Shown: in pieces, positions 41,932 to 47,389 of the stretch
Layout of the letters: every line of letters starts with the position of its first letter
Numbering within the stretch: the first letter of the stretch is position 1
NCBI GenBank assembly: GCA_001803795.1
Contig: MHEK01000082.1
Location: 1-47,389 of the forward strand
DNA: 47,389 bases
Direction of reading: 5' to 3'
From: Nitrospirae bacterium RBG_16_64_22
GTDB lineage: Bacteria > Nitrospirota > RBG-16-64-22
Translations under genes and position numbers: made by a program
Notes under the pieces: generated by a model
The model's database searches: none
Told to the model about the DNA's origin: nothing
The model's input: only the letters and a program-made list of their open reading frames with translations

Positions 41932-42603
41932 ATGTTCCGGCGGCTGAACAGCGAAATACAGGTCTTCCTGGAGCGGGACCCGGCGGCGCGGAGCGTTCTG
42001 GAGGTCGTCACCTGCTATCCCGGCCTCCATGCGATCCTTTTCCACCGCTTCGCCCACTGGCTGTGGGGGCGGGGGCTGAGGCTCCTTGCGCGGATGGTCT
42101 CCCAGACGTCCCGGTTCCTGACGGGGATCGAGATCCATCCCGGCGCCCGCGTCGGCGAGCGGTTCTTCATCGACCACGGATCGGGCGTGGTGATCGGTGA
42201 GACGGCCGAGATCGGCGACGACGTCCTGATCTACCAGGGCGTCACGCTGGGCGGGACGGGGAAGGAGAGGGGCGGGAAGCGCCATCCGACCATCGGCGAC
42301 CGGGTGACCGTCGGCGTCGGCTCGGTCGTCCTGGGACCGATTACGATCGGCCACGACGTGCGCATCGGCGCGGGCTCCGTGGTCGTCAAGCCGGTCCCCG
42401 ACAACTGCACGGTTGTCGGTGTTCCGGGCCGGATCGCCCGGATGGAGGGGAGGAAGCTCACGGACGACGAGCTGCTCGCCCACGGGAACCTTCCCGATCC
42501 CGAGGTCCAGTTGATCCGAGAGATGCAGGATCGCGTCTCGGAACTGGCCGAACGGCTCAGGGTGCTGGAAAAGCGGATGCGGGATGAGTCGGTGAATGGG
42601 TGA
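41932..42603 (+). CDS. cysE: Serine O-acetyltransferase
   Basis: [54 protein letters not shown], and hexapeptide repeats. The tail DESVNG-stop is encoded by array A6. Confidence 0.85.
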   Translation: MFRRLNSEIQVFLERDPAARSVLEVVTCYPGLHAILFHRFAHWLWGRGLRLLARMVSQTSRFLTGIEIHPGARVGERFFIDHGSGVVIGETAEIGDDVLIYQGVTLGGTGKERGGKRHPTIGDRVTVGVGSVVLGPITIGHDVRIGAGSVVVKPVPDNCTVVGVPGRIARMEGRKLTDDELLAHGNLPDPEVQLIREMQDRVSELAERLRVLEKRMRDESVNG

Positions 42604-42694
42604 ATCGGTGAATCGGTGAATCGGAAAGGCACTCCTCCCCTTTGTAAGGCCCCGAAATCACGTTCGGGGCAGAAGAGGATGGGTGGGGTAGAGA
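42588..42694 (+). repeat. Array A6 plus conserved ~70-nt tail
   Basis: gtcggtgaatgggtgaatcggtgaatcggtgaatcgg, then aaaggcactcctcccctttgtaaggccccgaaatcacgttcggggcagaagaggatgggtggggtagag. Confidence 0.85.
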
Positions 42695-42702
42695 ATGGCG
42701 TG

Positions 42703-43536
42703 ATGCGAAACGAAACCGTCGGGAAGCTGAAGACAGCCATGTGTATCCTCCGGGAGACGGGAGGATGCGTCGTCGCTTTCTCGGGCGGCGTCGATTCGGC
42801 CGTTGTCACGGCCGTCGCGCGCGAGGTCCTGGGGGACCGCGTTCTCGCCGTGACGGGGGATTCGGCATCCCTCCCGGCGCGGGAGCGGGGGGACGCGGTC
42901 CGCGTGGCCGCCTTCACGGGTGTCCGCCACCGCTTCATCCGAACGAAGGAACTCTCCGACGGTCGGTACGCCGCGAACCCCCCCGATCGGTGCTTCTACT
43001 GCAAGGACGAGTTGTATTCCCGGCTGTTCGAGATCGCGGGAGACGAGGGACTGCCGGCCGTCGTGGACGGGCAGAACGCGGACGACGCTTCGGACTACCG
43101 GCCGGGCTCCGAGGCCGCGCGCAGGCATGCCGTCCGGTCTCCGCTCAAGGAGGCGGGTCTTTCGAAGGCGGAAGTCCGGGAGATTGCGCGGGACCGCGGG
43201 ATCCCGATCTGGGACAAGCCGGCCTCGCCCTGCCTGGCTTCGCGGTTCCCCTACGGAACGACGATCACGGCTGACGCGCTGGCGCGGGCGGACACGGCGG
43301 AAATATTCGTACGGTCGCTGGGGTTTCGGGATGTGCGGGTGCGGGTCCGGGGCGGCTCCGCGACGGTAGAGGCGGAGCCTGGGAGCGTCGCCCGCCTGTT
43401 GGATCCTGCCTTGGCGGCGCGCGTGGTCGAGGCGCTTCAGGGCATGGGTTTCGCGGACGTCCGGATCGATCCGGAAGGGTTCCGGAGCGGGAAGATGAAT
43501 GAAGGAATGATCAACGGTGAATCGGTGAATGGGTGA
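42703..43536 (+). CDS. PP-loop ATPase of the LarE/TIGR00268 type (ATP-dependent sulfur transferase-like)
   Basis: VVAFSGGVDSAVV (SGGxDS PP-loop), CFYCKDELY, VVDGQNADD, PCLASRFPYG. The start is uncertain (42679 or 42703). The earlier track start lies inside the repeat. Confidence 0.7.
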   Translation: MRNETVGKLKTAMCILRETGGCVVAFSGGVDSAVVTAVAREVLGDRVLAVTGDSASLPARERGDAVRVAAFTGVRHRFIRTKELSDGRYAANPPDRCFYCKDELYSRLFEIAGDEGLPAVVDGQNADDASDYRPGSEAARRHAVRSPLKEAGLSKAEVREIARDRGIPIWDKPASPCLASRFPYGTTITADALARADTAEIFVRSLGFRDVRVRVRGGSATVEAEPGSVARLLDPALAARVVEALQGMGFADVRIDPEGFRSGKMNEGMINGESVNG

Positions 43537-43618
43537 ATGGGTGAATCGGAAAGACACTCCTCCCCTTTGTAAGGCCCCGAAAGCATGCTCGGGGCAGGGA
43601 AGGTTGGGAGGGGTAGAA
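43515..43618 (+). repeat. Array A7 plus conserved ~70-nt tail
   Basis: cggtgaatcggtgaatgggtgaatgggtgaatcgg, then aaagacactcctcccctttgtaaggccccgaaagcatgctcggggcagggaaggttgggaggggtaga. An inverted partner of the tail start (ccttacaaaggagggg) lies at 43658-43673. Confidence 0.85.
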
Positions 43619-43675
43619 GTCGCGGATGATCGATCCGTCTACCTCCCCTCTCCCCTCCTTACAAAGGAGGGGAAC

Positions 43676-44806
43676 ATGCACAACGCGGGTCGGGGTTTGA
43701 ATTTGGATCGTGTCATTGTCGGAATGTCGGGAGGCGTGGACTCGTCGGTCGCCGCGCTCCTTCTCAAGGAGAGGGGATACGAGGTCATCGGCGTGACACT
43801 CCACGTCTGGTCGAATCCGGCGCCCTCGCCGAGCGACCGTGAACGGGGTTGCTGTGCCGTGGAGGCCGTCGGCGATGCGCTCGAGGTCTGCGAGCGGCTG
43901 GGGATTGCCCACCGCCTCGTGGACGCGCGGGAGGCGTTCACGTCCGGCGTGATTGAACCGTTCGCCGACGCCTACCTGAACGGTCGGACGCCGAACCCCT
44001 GCATCGACTGCAACAGGATGGTCAAGTTCGCCGCGCTCATGGACGAAGCGGAACGGCTCGGGGCGCGATGGATCGCGACCGGCCACTACGCCCGCCTGAG
44101 CGGGGAGCCGGGCGGCCGCGTGGAGATCCGACGGGCAGGGGATCGCCGCAAGGACCAGAGCTACGTCCTCTACGCCCTCTCTCAGGCGGTCCTGGGGCGC
44201 CTCCTTCTGCCTCTTGGCGATCTTTCCAAGGAAGACGTCCGGCGGATCGCCCGGGACAACGCCTTGCCCGTAGCCGACAAGGCAGACAGCGTGGAGATCT
44301 GCTTCGTTCCGGACGGCGACCACGGGGCGTTCCTGTCGCGTTTTCGTCCGGGGGCCGTGCGGCCGGGGCCGATCACGGACGCGGCCGGACGAACCGTTGG
44401 GACGCACGCGGGGATCGCCCGCTATACGATCGGCCAGCGGCGCGGGCTCGGCGTGGCCGCGGGGGAGCGGCGGTACGTCGTCGGGCTGGATCCCGCGAGG
44501 AACGAAGTCGCCTTGGGGGACCGGTCCGATCTGGCCGTCTCCGGGATAGAGATCGCCGGCGTGAACTGGGTCTCGGTTGCGGGAGGGGCGTCGGGTTCGG
44601 TGAAGGTCCAGTACCGGTCGATGATGGCGGCGGTTCCGGGGGAATTTTCGCCGGGGCGGGACGGCGGCGGCAGGGTCCGTTTCGCCGAGCCCCAGTACGG
44701 CGTCGCGGCCGGGCAGGCCGCTGTCCTGTACGACGGGGACCGCCTCCTGGGCGGGGGCACGGTGGCTGGGGCGAGATCGGCTGGTATAGGCGAACAGAGG
44801 GACTGA
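43676..44806 (+). CDS. mnmA: tRNA-specific 2-thiouridylase
   Basis: Start ATG 43676 with AAGGAGGGG upstream. VIVGMSGGVDSSVAA (PP-loop), GCC..EAV, NPCIDCN, ATGHYAR, KDQSYVL. Confidence 0.9.
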   Translation: MHNAGRGLNLDRVIVGMSGGVDSSVAALLLKERGYEVIGVTLHVWSNPAPSPSDRERGCCAVEAVGDALEVCERLGIAHRLVDAREAFTSGVIEPFADAYLNGRTPNPCIDCNRMVKFAALMDEAERLGARWIATGHYARLSGEPGGRVEIRRAGDRRKDQSYVLYALSQAVLGRLLLPLGDLSKEDVRRIARDNALPVADKADSVEICFVPDGDHGAFLSRFRPGAVRPGPITDAAGRTVGTHAGIARYTIGQRRGLGVAAGERRYVVGLDPARNEVALGDRSDLAVSGIEIAGVNWVSVAGGASGSVKVQYRSMMAAVPGEFSPGRDGGGRVRFAEPQYGVAAGQAAVLYDGDRLLGGGTVAGARSAGIGEQRD

Positions 44807-44838
44807 GGCACAAAGGCACAAAGGCGCATAGGCACGGA
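44807..44838 (+). repeat. GGCACAAA-type octamer array
   Basis: ggcacaaaggcacaaaggcgcataggcacgga lies between the mnmA stop and the redoxin start. Confidence 0.75.
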
Positions 44839-44849
44839 GGGATGTTGCG

Positions 44850-45383
44850 ATGAGGCGTTTCAATATTGCCATTCTTGGGCTTGTCCTGTTTTCGCTCTTC
44901 TCCATGGATGCGGGCACGGCAGCGGCGGCGCCGGTCGCCGTCGGATCGAAGGCCCCCGACTTCAAGACGACGGACCACGACGGCCGGTCGGTGACCCTCT
45001 CCGGGCTCCGGCACGGCCGGAAGCTCGTCCTCGTCTTCTACCGGGGGGAGTTCTGAGGGGCCTGCCGCTCGCAGTTGGCGGGCCTGAGCGAAAAGATCCT
45101 GGAGTTCCGCGGCACGGGGGCAGGCGTCGCCGCCGTGAGCGCGGATCAGACTCATGTCTCGAAAGGTCTCCGAGACCGGCTGAGCCTGTCGTTCCCGCTT
45201 CTCTCCGATCCCAAGAGGATCGTCATCCGGAAGTACGGCGTGCTGAACAAGGATCAAGCGGCGAAACCGGCCGTCTTCATCCTGGACAGCAAGGGAATCG
45301 TCCGGTGGGAATACATCGGGAAGAGCCCGTCCGACCGGCCCGAGCCCGAGACCCTGCTGACGGAGTTGGCGAAGATCAATTAG
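44850..45383 (+). CDS. Secreted Prx-like/redoxin-family thiol:disulfide oxidoreductase with in-frame TGA (candidate selenocysteine, U-G-A-C)
   Basis: Track ORFs 44850-45056 and 45075-45383 share one frame (225 nt apart). Joined, they read ...KLVLVFYRGEF-TGA(45054-45056)-GACRSQLAGLSEKILEF..., the FYRG.W-CxxC-..QL pattern of AhpC/TSA-redoxin proteins. N-terminal signal peptide. Confidence 0.65.
45059..45084 (+). other. Candidate bacterial SECIS hairpin
   Basis: 8-bp stem ggccugcc/ggcgggcc (one G-U pair) with a 10-nt loop gcucgcaguu. It starts 2 nt after the TGA. Confidence 0.35.
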
Positions 45384-45441
45384 GCGTCCTTTTCAAATGC
45401 CGGCCCTGCTTGTTCCCAACCGGCCAGAAAGGAGCTCTTCG

Positions 45442-46116
45442 ATGAAACGAGCCCAAGTCTTCAGACGAATCGTTCTTGCAACCGCTGCCGTCATTCTGCT
45501 TGGCGCGGGCGCCGGGATCGGCGCGGCGTCCGCGGACGACAAGTTCCCCCTGCCGCCCCCGCCCCCGCTCCCCGGCTCGGACCTCGCCTACAAGGCGGCG
45601 AAGGAGTTCTTCAGGTTCAACGAGAAGATGGTGGAGAAGACGGCGAGGGTCCTCCCCCAACATGACATGAGCGTCCTCATGTTTCTCGCCCGCGAGGCGA
45701 ACCGCCCGCTCGACCATCTGGTCGATCTCAGGCACAAAGGTCTTCCCTTTCCCGACATCGCCGCGCGGATCGGGCTTCCGCCCACTGTCTTTCTCGTTCC
45801 CATGCCGGTCGACGCGCGCGTGGGCCCGCCTTACGGCAAGGCCCACGGCTACTGGAAGCACCACAAACACGGCAGGTCCGTGAAGATCGTCTTTACGGAT
45901 GCCGAAGTGATCGATCTCGTGAACCTGCGGATCGTCTCAGGGTTCTACGGCGTTCCGGTGATCGACGTGATCCGGATGCGGGAGAGGGGGACTTTCTTTC
46001 CCGGAGTCTACGAGCACTATCACGGAAAGCACAAAATGAAAGGGAAGAAGCACAAGGAGAAGCACTGGGACGACCACCCCGGCAAGGGAAAGGGGAAGGG
46101 GCGAGGCAGGGATTAG
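45442..46116 (+). CDS. Secreted hypothetical protein with His/Lys/Gly-rich C-terminal tail
   Basis: Start ATG 45442 (AAAGGAG 7 nt upstream). Signal peptide (VLATAAVILLGAGAGIGAASA), PPPPPLP, and tail HYHGKHKMKGKKHKEKHWDDHPGKGKGKGRGRD. Confidence 0.5.
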   Translation: MKRAQVFRRIVLATAAVILLGAGAGIGAASADDKFPLPPPPPLPGSDLAYKAAKEFFRFNEKMVEKTARVLPQHDMSVLMFLAREANRPLDHLVDLRHKGLPFPDIAARIGLPPTVFLVPMPVDARVGPPYGKAHGYWKHHKHGRSVKIVFTDAEVIDLVNLRIVSGFYGVPVIDVIRMRERGTFFPGVYEHYHGKHKMKGKKHKEKHWDDHPGKGKGKGRGRD

Positions 46117-47093
46117 GATATCGGGATGTATTTTCGCAGGGTGTTGACGAGATCGGTCATCTGGAACGGCTTGACCAGGTATTCGTTGGCGCCCTGGCGG
46201 AGCCCCCAGATTCTGTCCGAGGCTTCGTTCTTCGACGAGATGAAGATGATCGGAAGGTACTGGTAGTTCGGGTCCTTCCGAAGCTCGCGGCAGACCTGGT
46301 AGCCGTTCTTCTTCGGCATGACGATGTCGATGATGGCGGCGTCGAGCGGTTCGGTGCGGATCTTCCGGTCCGCTTCCTCCCCGTCCGTGGCCGTGACCGT
46401 CTCGTACCCCGCGTCGGCGAGGGCTTTCTCGATCAGCTTGAGGCCGGTGAGAGAGTCCTCCGCGACGAGCACGCGCTTGGTCCGCTTTGCCTCGGGTTCG
46501 GACGCGGCGGACGCCGGCGCGGGATTTGATCGCGCGGGCGGCGGCATGGGCTGGGGGGCCCTTGCCTGCGAGGTCCCTTTCCGTTTCTCGATCTGCTTGG
46601 GGATGCGGTTGGCCGTCTGAACGTACGTCGACAGCAAGGACTTGAGAATCTCCATAGCGACCTGCCGCTTGGTCCGTCCCTTGATTTCCTGGTTCGTGAT
46701 CCTCTTTTCGAACTGCTCGAGGGCGGTCTGAATCTCGTACTTGCGGATCTCCTGGGTATTCGAAGCGAATTGCAGGGGAACGTGGATCCCCCGGTCGGCC
46801 AGCCAGCGCTTGGCTTCCTCCAGAAGAGAGTTCGACCGGTTTCCCATGAGGATGACTGTCGGGGGACGGTTCTGATAGAGACCAACCTTGATGGCTTCGG
46901 CCACCGCCTCGCCGTTCTCTTCCAGGCTGATCGCCTCCCCGACGAGAAGACCCGTCGAAAGCTCGATCGCGACCTCCCAGTTGAACTGGAATCGCTCGTC
47001 GAGGAAGGAGATCTCGACCGTCTTCCCTTCGACGTACCACTTTCCGCCCGACTGACGTCGTTCGACGATTTCATCCATGGTTGGTTTCCTCAA
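46113..47093 (-). CDS. Response regulator: C-terminal receiver domain, uncharacterised ~170-aa N-terminal domain
   Basis: The receiver domain (VLVAEDSLTGLK...IIDIVMPKKNGYQVCREL...IIFISSK...GANEYLVKPF) is at the C-terminus. I do not recognise the N-terminal domain (possibly PATAN-like). The start may be ATG 47076. Confidence 0.7.
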   Translation of the reverse strand: MRKPTMDEIVERRQSGGKWYVEGKTVEISFLDERFQFNWEVAIELSTGLLVGEAISLEENGEAVAEAIKVGLYQNRPPTVILMGNRSNSLLEEAKRWLADRGIHVPLQFASNTQEIRKYEIQTALEQFEKRITNQEIKGRTKRQVAMEILKSLLSTYVQTANRIPKQIEKRKGTSQARAPQPMPPPARSNPAPASAASEPEAKRTKRVLVAEDSLTGLKLIEKALADAGYETVTATDGEEADRKIRTEPLDAAIIDIVMPKKNGYQVCRELRKDPNYQYLPIIFISSKNEASDRIWGLRQGANEYLVKPFQMTDLVNTLRKYIPIS

Positions 47094-47389
47094 TATTCAG
47101 CAGGCGATCGTGCGAGGGGAAGGACGCTTCCATGCTCGTGACAAGGCTGCCTCTTTTTCCCTTGGGAAAAAAGTGCGAGTCCTCTTGTCGGCAGCCAAGC
47201 ATGGGGACCGGGGAGGGAATGTTCCGATTCTCCGTCGGCTCCGGCGCCATCGAGGCTTTCCGCCCCCCCGGCCCGGTTCCATCCTTGCCCGCGGCTGGGG
47301 ATTCGGCTTTTCGGAGTTGGACTCGCAATCAAAATCTATCCAATCCCGGCGAGGATGTCAAAGGGTTTTTCCTGGGGGAAGGGACGTTA

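Noticed and set aside
42588-43549. Tandem arrays considered as possible CRISPR repeats
   Set aside because: The units are only 7-8 nt, directly abutting with no unique spacers, and there are no cas genes. This is not CRISPR architecture.
41068-44965. 471-aa and 484-aa minus-strand ORFs spanning the MBL, cysE, larE-like and mnmA regions
   Set aside because: They cross intergenic repeat arrays (translated as IHRFTDSP...) and several well-supported plus-strand genes, so they are shadow ORFs.
1-47389. Search for tRNA, rRNA, tmRNA or tRNA-Sec genes
   Set aside because: I saw no cloverleaf-like segments or rRNA-like conserved blocks by eye. This cannot be excluded without tRNAscan or Infernal.

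Overview
High-GC bacterial chromosomal window of about 47.4 kb. It is densely coding, and I saw no rRNA, tRNA or CRISPR array. Many long ORFs in the track are antisense or alternate-frame shadows typical of GC-rich DNA. Main content: (1) 1.4-14.4 kb is a minus-strand, translationally coupled osmoadaptation operon. It encodes a GpgS-plus-second-glycosyltransferase fusion, two mechanosensitive-channel-type membrane proteins, a hypothetical protein, TreT, TreZ and a 1703-aa MalQ-TreY fusion. A convergent MpgP/GpgP-type phosphatase lies at 0.5-1.4 kb. (2) 14.9-29.9 kb is a sulfur (possibly selenium) trafficking neighbourhood. It holds a beta-propeller lipoprotein, a periplasmic rhodanese, YeeE/YedE plus TusA, three small DsrE/F/H-like proteins (one missing from the ORF track), a GGYGAPS-repeat membrane protein and a USP. 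These are interleaved with a GT2, a GT-C (ArnT-like), a SPASM radical SAM, a B12-binding radical SAM, a Glf-like flavoprotein and a Cys-rich PAS-LuxR regulator. A near-identical 22-bp palindrome sits at both outer promoter regions, which suggests one regulon. This is my best candidate for an undescribed system. (3) 30-47 kb holds housekeeping and miscellaneous genes: thrB, squalene/phytoene-synthase family, flavoproteins, LOG, ThyX-like, DUF559, DJ-1, AI-2E transporter, creatininase family, HAD, MBL hydrolase, cysE, LarE-like, mnmA and a response regulator. (4) Two genes appear split in the ORF track by in-frame TGA codons at redox-motif positions (U-x-x-C), each followed by a hairpin. They are a Spx/ArsC-family protein and a secreted Prx-like redoxin, both candidate selenoproteins. 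(5) Almost every intergenic space carries short tandem 7-8-nt arrays (GGTGAATS, GGTCAGCS, GGCACAAA, GGAAATT/GTAAATT), often as inverted pairs with conserved cores. There is also a DUF559 gene bracketed by about 40-bp inverted repeats with an ORF-less miniature copy elsewhere, and a conserved two-hairpin 3-prime element. These elements donate stop codons and C-terminal tails to several genes.
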